DNA from: a virus
Lineage: Duplodnaviria; Caudoviricetes
IMG/VR virus record: IMGVR_UViG_3300037484_001321
Location: 1 to 24,194 of that record
Strand: one strand, 5' to 3'
DNA: 24,194 bases
Made by a program: the position numbers and the translations under genes. A model generated the notes under the pieces. That model worked only from the letters and a program-made list of their open reading frames with translations, did no database searches and was not told where the DNA came from. How positions within the stretch are numbered: position 1 is the first letter of the stretch; the number at the start of each line of letters is the position of its first letter. Of this stretch, positions 1-8,704 are shown one piece after another.

Positions 1-166
1 CTCGGTGCCGTTGCCCGTTGAGGCACCAGAACCTGTCGCCGTCTGCACATTCAATCGCAGGACCGTCCTCTCGGTGACGTTTCCCGTTGAGGTACCAGAA
101 CCTGTCGCCGTTGGCCCATTCAATCGCAGGGCCGTCCTCTCGATGCAGTTGTCCGTTGAGCCGCCA
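1..166. repeat. 69-bp imperfect coding tandem repeat, at least 2.3 units visible
   Basis: Anchor CCGTTGAG at 15-22, 84-91 and 153-160 (period 69 nt = 23 codons). Confidence 0.92.
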
Positions 167-220
167 TTCTCTGCCGCCGTTGTCGTAGACCTTCACTTCA
201 TATGTTATGTAACCTGACAT
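1..220 (-). CDS. HREDGPA-repeat (MORN-variant-like) protein, runs off the left edge; not in the ORF track
   Basis: ATG at 220-218 with AGGAG SD at 231-227. Translates MSGYITYEVKVYDNGGREWRLNGQLHREDGPAIEWANGDRFWYLNGKRHREDGPAIECADGDRFWCLNGQRHRE with no stop. This 23-aa repeat type is common in phage and giant-virus hypothetical proteins. Confidence 0.88.
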   Translation of the reverse strand, partial: MSGYITYEVKVYDNGGREWRLNGQLHREDGPAIEWANGDRFWYLNGKRHREDGPAIECADGDRFWCLNGQRHR

Positions 221-248
221 TATGTTCTCCTGCCTTTTTTGTCACAGT

Positions 249-277
249 ATATTACACGATCTTGTCAGAAAAGTAAA
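249..277 (-). promoter_or_regulatory. sigma70-like promoter for the repeat-protein gene
   Basis: TTTACT (277-272), 17 nt spacer, TAATAT (254-249), in an intergenic gap upstream of the SD and ATG. Confidence 0.55.
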
Positions 278-284
278 TCACATT

Positions 285-563
285 TTACTTTTTATTTTGT
301 TCTTCTTGACACCAAGAATCAGGTACCATTTGAAATGTTCTACTTAGCCCAGTGTAACGATCGAGGCCATAGGGAAGAACACACCAACAACCATTCATTC
401 TTCCGTCCTTACGAAAAACTCCAATATCCCATTCTTTAATTACCGCACACGAAATATCTACAGACTCAATGGTGTGAGTGTACACTTTCCCTGGCGTTGT
501 TAATACGGCTGTCGAACCGCAAGCTGCCGCAGCCAAAAGCAAAATAACAAATAATTTTTTCAT
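285..563 (-). CDS. Small predicted lipoprotein
   Basis: MKKLFVILLLAAAAC-GS: basic N-terminus, hydrophobic core, lipobox Cys. Four further Cys. AGGAG SD within the end of the upstream gene. Confidence 0.75.
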   Translation of the reverse strand: MKKLFVILLLAAAACGSTAVLTTPGKVYTHTIESVDISCAVIKEWDIGVFRKDGRMNGCWCVLPYGLDRYTGLSRTFQMVPDSWCQEEQNKK

Positions 564-564
564 A

Positions 565-1893
565 TCAATCTCCTTTTTGTTTGAATGTTTTCATTTCTCC
601 GAAATTGTCACCAATCTTCACGCTTACAGGAAAAACAGCCCCAAACATATCGCGGCACTTCATCTCCATTATTGATTTAATTTTCTCTACCAACTCCATC
701 TCTTTCTTGTGAACGTATAACACCAAAGAGTCATGAAAAGGAAAAGCTATTTTGCTTTTTTTGTTTTTTAAGAATAAATGAATATCCATCACCAGTGACA
801 GTATAACATCAACTTCAACAGAAGTCACGTAGTTTTGCAACGTAACATTTTCTTCTTGTCCGTCATAATGAATACTTCTTCCGAACGGATTAATAATTTT
901 ACCATTTATTTTGAGTTCAGCAAACAAATTTTTTCTCAAATCTAAAATCGGGGTAGCGGCATACTCAAAAACGTGATTGTAGCCGTTAGAGAACATCCAC
1001 GCCAAAAAAGAAATCTTATTGGTTTCTCGATCTCCGTCAAACACAGAATAAATGTCGTCAATGTTCTGAAATTTTTTCTTAAATTCTATATTGTTTGTCG
1101 AAAAAATTGCCAATCTTGGCTGAAAACTTTTAAAATCAATTTGAACGATAGAGTTTTCCTCGGGGGCAACTATGGCGGCCCTCAAACTTTTTGGCAAGAT
1201 ATACAAATTCACAGTCCCTGGAGCGAAAGAAAGACGCCCTGTTTTCGCTCCAATGAAGTTATATCGTAAATACAATTTTCCTTCTGGCCGTAAACGCTTT
1301 AATAATTTAGAAAAGTGTGTATAGTCGTGGGCGAGCGCAGAAGCATTAATATATACAGGCTCTTTAGCCGTCTCCGCGAGCGCGACGATGGATGGAAGTA
1401 GTTTTTCGTAGAAAACTGTTTCTTTCTGTTGTTTCAAAAAAAGATCATGCACAATTTTTGCCTGAATTGTCATAAATTTAAGCAACATAAAATCTGGGAA
1501 AAGGGAATCGAAAGGATAATTCTGATATAGTATTTTTGATTTTTTGTAACTCCTAATGACATTGTTCATTTTTAACGTAACATCCTCATACTCTGCCAAA
1601 TACTGAGCAGTAACAGGAGAAGCGCGGGCAAATTCCATTAGGGAGTTCCCCCCCATCCCAGCCAAGCCGCATAGTATTTTTACATCATAAAACGTATTAA
1701 AATTTTCAATGTCTATTGGGTGCCCAAGATAATCAAAACATATCCTCGTCACACAAGAGGAAAGCAATTGTTGTATTTTCTCTCCCTCGACACCAACAAA
1801 TCCACAATTTTCTAGTGGCGGCGCACCAAAAACATAATAAAAATATTTGTTTTTTGCGCCGAGCAACGGAGCAATGTATAAAATGCTACTCAT
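565..1893 (-). CDS. Short, divergent family A DNA polymerase-like protein (start probably 1893; ORF open to 1935)
   Basis: KTGRLS, motif A IDFKSFQPRL, motif B RETNKISFLAWMF, NPFGR, LQNYVTS, motif C FHDSLV, C-terminal FPVSVKIGDNFG. Confidence 0.85.
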   Translation of the reverse strand: MSSILYIAPLLGAKNKYFYYVFGAPPLENCGFVGVEGEKIQQLLSSCVTRICFDYLGHPIDIENFNTFYDVKILCGLAGMGGNSLMEFARASPVTAQYLAEYEDVTLKMNNVIRSYKKSKILYQNYPFDSLFPDFMLLKFMTIQAKIVHDLFLKQQKETVFYEKLLPSIVALAETAKEPVYINASALAHDYTHFSKLLKRLRPEGKLYLRYNFIGAKTGRLSFAPGTVNLYILPKSLRAAIVAPEENSIVQIDFKSFQPRLAIFSTNNIEFKKKFQNIDDIYSVFDGDRETNKISFLAWMFSNGYNHVFEYAATPILDLRKNLFAELKINGKIINPFGRSIHYDGQEENVTLQNYVTSVEVDVILSLVMDIHLFLKNKKSKIAFPFHDSLVLYVHKKEMELVEKIKSIMEMKCRDMFGAVFPVSVKIGDNFGEMKTFKQKGD

Positions 1894-1905
1894 GAACACA
1901 CGCAC

Positions 1906-1916
1906 ACTATAGCACA
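1906..1916 (-). promoter_or_regulatory. Extended -10 promoter for the PolA-like gene
   Basis: TGTG-C-TATAGT, ending 12 nt before the ATG at 1893; no SD in between. Confidence 0.5.
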
Positions 1917-1925
1917 CAACAAACG

Positions 1926-3662
1926 TTAATGCCACATAAAATCGATGTTCGTAGAAAATCCTTCAGCACTCAGTTTGTGAGATACTTTTTGTATTTTATA
2001 TACAGCATCCATAACGAAAATGCCCGTATATAGATAAAAAGCTCTCATCGGCTTCCACCCAGGATGCCCGAGTATTTCGGCCGAGCCTTGAAGCGGTAGC
2101 GTCAGCGGGGTAATGGGTTGAGCTTGCAATTTTTCACTAAATGCTACTGTGCTGCGAGGTCCTGCAATTCTATTTTGTGCCATTCGCTCAATAAGCGCAG
2201 CTTTCATATACTGATCAGAAACTTGAGAAAATGAAATTTTCTTAATAAAAGATCTTGCGCTGGCCAGTTCGATTACGGGCAAATTGGTCCCTGCCGTTAC
2301 TGCGTCCCTTATAGTCTTTAGCGCCGCTTTGCCTTTGGGTAGTCTAGAAGTTGTAATCGGCAGTCCAGCTTTGGCATCCACAAAAATCAAATCTAATGTT
2401 TTTCCGTTATTAAAGAAATTTACAACAATGTCGGGGTGATTCCAATCTTGATCCTTTCCCAAAAGACCTTTCCAATATTCTTCGTTTTCTACAAATTTTT
2501 CAACCAACATATTCAGAAGAAGTGATAACGTTGGAACTGTCTGTCCTCGATCGTAGAAAGATTTTATTTCTGTTTTAAATGTTGCTAAATCTATCGGAAA
2601 TTGAGCTAAAGATTCGTTAGCTCTGGGCGTTGAAGTATTAAAAGGGCCGTAAATAATTCTAAAATTTTCAACGGAAGGAAACGCCGAACAAAGCCCATTA
2701 AACGTATCATTACACAACGTATAAACAACATCATGAAACGTTACCGTGGATATAGCTTTGTGTCTTCTGTTAAATTTAATATTTTTTTTGTTTGATCTAA
2801 GTAGTTTTTTTATGGCTGTAGTAAAATTAGTAGAAATCCTACCACGGGCTTTAACTTCAGCGCTCCTAAAAGATGTTGCTAGGCTTCTTATGATTTCCGT
2901 ATCGGCCGATCCTGCAGATCTAGATTTGACAGAATCGAGGTAATCTATATACATTTTTACTTGAGAATAGTTCAAATTTGATCCGTCAAATTCCTCATTG
3001 GAAATTAGAGACGAATCAATCGCCGAGCCGTCGTCACCCACTAAAACATTATTAAATCTTTCATTGAAGGCCATCCCTTCGACGGTAAGATCTATTTGCC
3101 CTGCTTCATCTATTGTAATATTATATGTTTTTATGGAAAATAAAAGATTTTCTTTTTGTCCAAGAAAACTATCAGGCGAAGATGTATTCCACCCATATTT
3201 CAATGAAAGAGGCATACCAGGGAACAGAAGACCAATAAGAGTGCTATTAGCTAATTCTTCTGGTCTGTGGATACGCAACTTTAGCACAACGTTTGTATAA
3301 TAGAGATATCCGCCAGCAAGATCTGTTTCTATTATAATATCTTTTAACGACATTACAGGACGATCTGAAAATCGCTTTCCTGAACTTATTTCTTCCATGT
3401 CTAATGTTTTATGAAAGAAAGATAGATTTAAATTATCTATAACTCGACCACTAAGATCAAGTAAACTCAAAGAAACATAAGGCTGAGCCGTTGCCATCTC
3501 TAACTCTGAAATTGATTTTAAACTACTTATAAAAGATTGATCAAAATTAAAAAGAGGATTAAAAGAATCGCCATCATTTTGAATACTGTTTGTAATCTTG
3601 TTTTCTGTTCGAGGCGCAGAACCTTGTGATCCTATATAATAATAATTTACCGTGTTTCCCAT
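1926..3662 (-). CDS. Baseplate hub protein (gp27/gpD-like)
   Basis: Follows tape measure, tube initiator and LysM genes. LKYGW near the N-terminus and C-terminal G.AEILGHP...YKIQKVSHKLSAEGFSTNI pattern typical of hub proteins. Confidence 0.65.
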   Translation of the reverse strand: MGNTVNYYYIGSQGSAPRTENKITNSIQNDGDSFNPLFNFDQSFISSLKSISELEMATAQPYVSLSLLDLSGRVIDNLNLSFFHKTLDMEEISSGKRFSDRPVMSLKDIIIETDLAGGYLYYTNVVLKLRIHRPEELANSTLIGLLFPGMPLSLKYGWNTSSPDSFLGQKENLLFSIKTYNITIDEAGQIDLTVEGMAFNERFNNVLVGDDGSAIDSSLISNEEFDGSNLNYSQVKMYIDYLDSVKSRSAGSADTEIIRSLATSFRSAEVKARGRISTNFTTAIKKLLRSNKKNIKFNRRHKAISTVTFHDVVYTLCNDTFNGLCSAFPSVENFRIIYGPFNTSTPRANESLAQFPIDLATFKTEIKSFYDRGQTVPTLSLLLNMLVEKFVENEEYWKGLLGKDQDWNHPDIVVNFFNNGKTLDLIFVDAKAGLPITTSRLPKGKAALKTIRDAVTAGTNLPVIELASARSFIKKISFSQVSDQYMKAALIERMAQNRIAGPRSTVAFSEKLQAQPITPLTLPLQGSAEILGHPGWKPMRAFYLYTGIFVMDAVYKIQKVSHKLSAEGFSTNIDFMWH

Positions 3663-3664
3663 GA

Positions 3665-3946
3665 CTAAAACAACCTTAATACATCATCAAGATTTACTGG
3701 TATCTTCAAAATTTGTCCTTCCTCAAACGAGAAAGCCCAAGATAAATCATTCATAACGGAGATTATCCACCAATATTCTCCAGCACCTAAATGTTTAAAT
3801 GCTAAAATATCTAAACGATCAAATCTAGAAACTCTAATTTGAAATGTATCAATCGCATCAAGTTGAGTCTTAGACGGGAATGTGGGAGTTTCATAAAACT
3901 TCTTATCTTCCAGCGTGTTTAAGTTGCGATAACGAGAAAATACCAT
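3665..3946 (-). CDS. LysM-domain baseplate wedge protein (gp53/gpX-like)
   Basis: DRLDILAFKHLG...YWWII..MN....EEGQILKIP LysM pattern and canonical position. Confidence 0.85.
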   Translation of the reverse strand: MVFSRYRNLNTLEDKKFYETPTFPSKTQLDAIDTFQIRVSRFDRLDILAFKHLGAGEYWWIISVMNDLSWAFSFEEGQILKIPVNLDDVLRLF

Positions 3947-3948
3947 TT

Positions 3949-5739
3949 TTATCTACCATTCCTAATCTGAGAAAAAATCCTTCTAATGTCGCCATCAGAT
4001 ACGGTTACGTTCGTTTTTCCTTCTCCTGCTGCAACAAACTTTCCAGCACCGAAGGTTAATTCACTATCGCCGCTTGCAGGATCAACATTTCCGTCCGAGT
4101 TGATAATTTTCGAAGAATAAGGATAGAGGCCTGGGTTACCATCGTGAATTACAGTATAAGACAATGTGACAGAAATTTTGCGAGGTACCCGCTTACCATC
4201 TTCTATGTTCCAAATGCCATCATCATAAGAAAAATCCAACGCAGTCATATACCCTGGTATGCCGAGTCTGTTGTTGGAAGCAAACAAATCCCCTATTCTC
4301 ATTCTTACAATTGGGCCTGCCTGCAAAAATCCGTCAGGAGTAAACATAGGATAAACCATAGATTGTAATATTTGTAATTTTTTATAAATTACGGCTAGAT
4401 CTTTTGGCGACCAAGCGACGACATCGAACGATACATCAATGACTCTTGTTGTCCCCGTGTAGGTAGGAACTTGATCAACACGGCCATAATAACGCTCCGT
4501 TTGCCATTCTGGGATGAACGTTTCTGAAAGACCTTCCTTCAGAAACGCTCGAAAATATAAATATCTACTTGGGTTTATTCTTAAATCTTGAAACATGAAT
4601 GGCATGTAGTTTTGATTTTCTGACAGCAATTCTGTCATATATCCGTTTTCTTCGTCTGTAGCATTGAAGGCTGCGTCAGTTACGGCAGCATTAATCCCTG
4701 GTGCGTCTATTAAATCATTATACGAATTAAGCCCAATTTTGGAAACAAAGCTGTATGCCGCGGATCCAAAGTCTGTAATATTCCCGCCAGGGCCAGTACG
4801 AGGACTAAACAAATTACTTAGCTTATCATTTCCTGCGGTCGCAGATTTTTGCAATTCCTGTAATGGGGCGCGCATGCCATACGGGCCATATTTGTTTTCG
4901 GAGGTGTATATGTTGGTATGCAGACCAAGTTTCGAGGCAAGCATTGTCAGGCCGCCGCCGTCGACTTGTCCAGCTATAGTTGTAGTGTTTGGACTTAAAT
5001 CAAAAAGTTCTTTTTCTAGTGTGTCGGTTTCTCCTGCTTTGGCTATGTCCCCAAAAAAACCAGGAGAAGGAACTGGGGATTTCAGTTGCGAAAGCCTATG
5101 TGCTGGAGAGGTCTCAGCGTATACACCATTTCTCAAGAGAAGCAATCTTTCTGTTTGGGTTGCTACCGCGGCCGCCGCATTAGTTTTATAATCAGACAAC
5201 ACACCTCCAACGGTAATATTTGAAACAGGAGAAGAAACGCGCAGACCAGGAATAGCAGATGCAGCCAAAGACAATGGATTCCATGTCATATTTCCAACGC
5301 CATATGCTTGCGGGTCGGCACCGTTCAACGACGCCAGCAAAAATTGACTTGTGTTCCATCTGATGCCCTTTGCTATACTTTCTGACGATCGATGTACCTT
5401 GTTTTCTATATTGTTATCCTGCGAAGGAAATACTCCGAATTCCTTTCCTATCCCCCTCATCCAGTGAGCAATAGCAAAAACATCAAAACCTTTTAACGTG
5501 CCGTAGGAACTAACAGCAAAAGGCCCCCCACGGGCTGAAGCAAGTGTTAAATTTCCTCCATCATAAATATTTCCTAGCCTATGAGCAGAATTAAAATCGG
5601 CGCCTATTCTACCTTGAGAGGGCGGTGGTAGTGGAGAATTAAATCTGGCAACGTCCAAATATTGATTCTGATCATCATACACGTTTCCATCAAGAACATT
5701 TCCAATGAAAGAATCGACAAGATCTAGTAAATTTGACAT
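3949..5739 (-). CDS. Baseplate/tail-tube initiator (gp48/gp54-like C-terminal domain) with long N-terminal extension
   Basis: C-terminal FRAFL..LSETF.PEW....YYGR....TY.GT.R.I.VSF and PIVRMRIGD motifs; lies directly after the tape measure gene. Confidence 0.7.
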   Translation of the reverse strand: MSNLLDLVDSFIGNVLDGNVYDDQNQYLDVARFNSPLPPPSQGRIGADFNSAHRLGNIYDGGNLTLASARGGPFAVSSYGTLKGFDVFAIAHWMRGIGKEFGVFPSQDNNIENKVHRSSESIAKGIRWNTSQFLLASLNGADPQAYGVGNMTWNPLSLAASAIPGLRVSSPVSNITVGGVLSDYKTNAAAAVATQTERLLLLRNGVYAETSPAHRLSQLKSPVPSPGFFGDIAKAGETDTLEKELFDLSPNTTTIAGQVDGGGLTMLASKLGLHTNIYTSENKYGPYGMRAPLQELQKSATAGNDKLSNLFSPRTGPGGNITDFGSAAYSFVSKIGLNSYNDLIDAPGINAAVTDAAFNATDEENGYMTELLSENQNYMPFMFQDLRINPSRYLYFRAFLKEGLSETFIPEWQTERYYGRVDQVPTYTGTTRVIDVSFDVVAWSPKDLAVIYKKLQILQSMVYPMFTPDGFLQAGPIVRMRIGDLFASNNRLGIPGYMTALDFSYDDGIWNIEDGKRVPRKISVTLSYTVIHDGNPGLYPYSSKIINSDGNVDPASGDSELTFGAGKFVAAGEGKTNVTVSDGDIRRIFSQIRNGR

Positions 5740-5752
5740 GATAAATAAATAC

Positions 5753-7999
5753 TTAATTCCTAGAAATCTTCACTACAGCTTCACCAATTTTCTTATGATC
5801 CATTACCATGTCCATGACTTCTACTTTTATGTCGGTGTATGGATTCTTTGTTTTTGAAAAATCCATCGTAGCAGGGCCCCGTTCAGAGACGGAAGACCGA
5901 GTAGAAACAGCCGCCATAGCGGGCGGCTGGGCTATCCCGACAGCTTCGGCCATCCCTTTTATTGGAGCTTTAACGTCTTCAACTGTAGCGGATCCTGCCA
6001 TCTTTAATGCCTCAATTACGCCTGCGCCGCCGACCAGGGCTCCCGCGAACCTAACCAAAAACATGAAAGGGGCGGTCGACAAAGTTGACATTAATTTCAA
6101 TGAATTAAATGCAAACTTAATCGCATCTCCAAGCATGCTAAACCCTTTAGCTACAACAAATAATACCTTTCCGTATTTGTCAAGAGAGCTATACCCCTTA
6201 TTCCAATTATCGTTAGTTGTAGTAAGCCAACTGGAAAGGTTACGCATACTGTTAACAATTCTATCAGCCAATGCTTGCATGTTTTTCGCTGGGGAATCCC
6301 ACCCGAAAATTGTAGAGATGAGTACTGTAAGCGATCTCATTACGTTGTCGAGTTCTTCACTCCAAGCAATAAGGGTTGTTTTTATGCTTTGTAGCCCCTT
6401 ATTCCACTTTTCGTTTATTGCTATTTCTTTTTTCTTTGCGTTCGCTTTCGCTTCCAACTTTTTTCTTTCTTCGTCGGATGACAAAATAAGAGCAGCCTGC
6501 GATTCTTCAACTCCCAAAGATTGAGTAATTACATTTTTCTCAAACACACTTAACAAGCCCCAACTTTTTCCTTGGGCTGTCAACTCTTTCCTAAAAAGTT
6601 CCATACGTTTCGTAGGATCTGTTTCCAGCATTAGCTCAAAAGAATTAATAGATGTGCCAAAAATCGCATTGAGCTTGTTGCCCGCCTCGGACGAGCCTTC
6701 GAAGGTGTCCATTTGTTTTCCGAATGCAGCAGTTATTTCTTTTATTGTAAGACCATAACTTCTTGCTTTTGCGGAAGATTTAGCAAACTCAAGGCTATTC
6801 GCGACGCCAAAACGAGCCAAAATAGCAGGAGCCTGGCCGATGTCGCGTAAAACATCATTAACTGGGATTCCGTAAGCCCCAGCTTCGCGGGTGCCTTCGC
6901 TCATCATTTTGTTTAGCCCGTCAAGGTTACCTGTTTGTTTTTGAAACTGTAACGACAGGGCTCCCGCTTCTTCGCCAGATAGTCCAAGAATAGCAACGAG
7001 TTCTTTGCCTGTTTTTAGTGTTGCTTTATCTATTTGAACGGATCGAAGCCCAGAAGCAAAATCACGAACAAGCTGCGCACCTTCAGCAAAAGATTTGCCA
7101 AGCAGTTCAAACTCTACACCAGTTGAAATAGCTTGAGATTGTAGTTGCCCTAAATTTCCACCTACGCCGCCAATTTCCTTATTAAATTCAGCCGTTGCAG
7201 GAACAACCTTTTTATCCAGAAAATCCCAATAGTTCTTAAAGAGTTTGTATAAAACAAAAAGCGCCGCGGCGGCCCCCAAAACTCCAACAATTAGCAACCC
7301 TGCAGGGGAAAATAGAGCTGCAGCCAACCCTTTCATTTTAGCCATGGCGGGATTTATGAGTTTTCCCGTTGTTTCGCCAATACTTTTAGAGCCTTTTGCT
7401 GCCTCGAACATTTTAGGACCCAGGCCTCCTGCGGTTTTAAACATTGATGCCATCGCCGCATTGGGGTTGCGTATCTTCGCGCCTAGGTCCTCAACCGTAT
7501 CTATAACGTTTTTTAACGAAAGCTCGTCTAGCATCCTCTGCTTTGATTGCTTTTCCATTAAGTTAAATTGCTTTTCGATAACAGTAAGGTTTTTTTCTTC
7601 AAACCTCAGCGCCTCCTGTAGCGCGCGCTTATATTCTTCTGTACTTTCAAGCTGGTCGCCCTGGAGGTCTAGAGCAGACTCAAGATATTTTATCTGTTCA
7701 GCCCAGGCTTCTTTATTTACTTTATCAAATAATTTTATAACTTCTGATTGAGTCTTCTTAAACAGTCTGGCATCCTTCAGTATTTCCTTTTGAAGATCTT
7801 TGCCTCCCAGTATATTGTCTGCGAATTCAGAAGAATTACTTACGACCGCATCAAACAATCTATTCAGATCCAAAAGCTCATTTTTGGACGCTGCAAAATT
7901 TCTAGATAGATTTTCGCCCTTAGCGACAGCTTCAGTCAAAGCTTCGCGCATGATGTTTGCAATATCTTTAATATCGCCTAAGTTTTCTTGTTCGTTCAA
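5753..7999 (-). CDS. Tail tape measure protein
   Basis: 748 aa, helical Ala/Leu/Lys/Glu-rich, two hydrophobic Gly/Ala segments, between chaperone and baseplate genes; TTG start. Confidence 0.82.
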   Translation of the reverse strand: MNEQENLGDIKDIANIMREALTEAVAKGENLSRNFAASKNELLDLNRLFDAVVSNSSEFADNILGGKDLQKEILKDARLFKKTQSEVIKLFDKVNKEAWAEQIKYLESALDLQGDQLESTEEYKRALQEALRFEEKNLTVIEKQFNLMEKQSKQRMLDELSLKNVIDTVEDLGAKIRNPNAAMASMFKTAGGLGPKMFEAAKGSKSIGETTGKLINPAMAKMKGLAAALFSPAGLLIVGVLGAAAALFVLYKLFKNYWDFLDKKVVPATAEFNKEIGGVGGNLGQLQSQAISTGVEFELLGKSFAEGAQLVRDFASGLRSVQIDKATLKTGKELVAILGLSGEEAGALSLQFQKQTGNLDGLNKMMSEGTREAGAYGIPVNDVLRDIGQAPAILARFGVANSLEFAKSSAKARSYGLTIKEITAAFGKQMDTFEGSSEAGNKLNAIFGTSINSFELMLETDPTKRMELFRKELTAQGKSWGLLSVFEKNVITQSLGVEESQAALILSSDEERKKLEAKANAKKKEIAINEKWNKGLQSIKTTLIAWSEELDNVMRSLTVLISTIFGWDSPAKNMQALADRIVNSMRNLSSWLTTTNDNWNKGYSSLDKYGKVLFVVAKGFSMLGDAIKFAFNSLKLMSTLSTAPFMFLVRFAGALVGGAGVIEALKMAGSATVEDVKAPIKGMAEAVGIAQPPAMAAVSTRSSVSERGPATMDFSKTKNPYTDIKVEVMDMVMDHKKIGEAVVKISRN

Positions 8000-8008
8000 C
8001 TAAATACT

Positions 8009-8344
8009 CTAAGCCCCCAAAACCTTCAGATACCATTCTGGATATACTTCGCCACCGTACTTGTCATTAATGTATCGAGCTTGGCTTCGTACTTCCATCA
8101 TTAGCTCTTGGCCCTCTGAAATTTCTTTTATGAGCTTTTTATGCTCAGCAATGCGCTCATCATAAATAGACTGAATCTCACGAATTTGTTCAATTGCATA
8201 AATCATTTGTTTTTTTGTAACCCCAGGACGCGGAATCGCCGAGCCGTCGGGAGCTACATCAATTAATTCTGCAACAATGGATTTCAGATCTGCAAGCTGA
8301 TTTTTGATAGCTTCGGTATTCTGTGCGTCAATATTAGCTAACAT
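8009..8344 (-). CDS. Hypothetical helical protein, moron-like insertion
   Basis: 111 aa ORF, GGGAG SD upstream of ATG, own promoter, interrupts chaperone-to-tape-measure synteny. Confidence 0.75.
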   Translation of the reverse strand: MLANIDAQNTEAIKNQLADLKSIVAELIDVAPDGSAIPRPGVTKKQMIYAIEQIREIQSIYDERIAEHKKLIKEISEGQELMMEVRSQARYINDKYGGEVYPEWYLKVLGA

Positions 8345-8391
8345 TTTCTTCTCCCACCAAGAATGTTTATTTCTGTCTCAACTACAACTAT

Positions 8392-8420
8392 ACCGTAGCA
8401 CAACAGGAAGAAGAAGTCAA
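8392..8420 (-). promoter_or_regulatory. sigma70-like promoter with extended -10 for the orphan gene
   Basis: TTGACT (8420-8415), 17 nt spacer ending TGTGC, TACGGT (8397-8392). Confidence 0.55.
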
Positions 8421-8437
8421 GAATTATTGTCAGAAAT

Positions 8438-8704
8438 CTACGTGTTTCGACGAGAGCCGTGAGGACTAGAAGGAGTTCCTTGTCTGTTGAGTATCCTTGA
8501 CTTTTCTGTGGGAGTAAGGGGTTCTGAAGAGTTTGTATCTGGGTTTTTTAATGATTTTCGCTCTTTTTCTTTTTGCTCATTCCAGCGGCGTATTAGCCAT
8601 TTCCTTATGGGAACTGGGATTAACATTACGCGTTCTAGATCTCCTAACCCGAAAGCATACATATAATTAAAGCACTCCTCAAGGAAGAGAGCTTCTTTAG
8701 TCAT
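8438..8704 (-). CDS. gp51-like baseplate/tail assembly chaperone; possibly the frameshifted C-terminal part of the upstream gene
   Basis: EECF.YMY.FG.....VM.IPV.IRKWLI.R pattern; overlaps the upstream stop; frame is open back through the T7 run; no SD before its ATG. Confidence 0.7.
   Translation of the reverse strand: MTKEALFLEECFNYMYAFGLGDLERVMLIPVPIRKWLIRRWNEQKEKERKSLKNPDTNSSEPLTPTEKSRILNRQGTPSSPHGSRRNT

Noticed and set aside
1-166. CRISPR array or DGR variable region
   Set aside because: Units are contiguous, in-frame and coding with no unique spacers; differences are not adenine-restricted and no reverse transcriptase is in the window.
5-217. Plus-strand 70-aa repetitive ORF
   Set aside because: Antisense shadow of the HREDGPA repeat gene, which has the SD, promoter and recognisable motif.
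1894-1935. Longer PolA start at 1935
   Set aside because: Overlaps the hub gene and contains an extended -10 element; ATG 1893 fits better, though this is unproven.
4664-7751. Long plus-strand ORFs (4664-5191, 5808-6524, 7245-7751) and other plus-strand ORFs in the track
   Set aside because: Codon-aligned antisense shadows of well-supported minus-strand genes, with no motifs or SD.
262-8436. Shared 10-mer TTGTCAGAAA near two promoters (262-271 and 8427-8436)
   Set aside because: Only two copies, at different positions relative to the -35; could be chance in AT-rich DNA.
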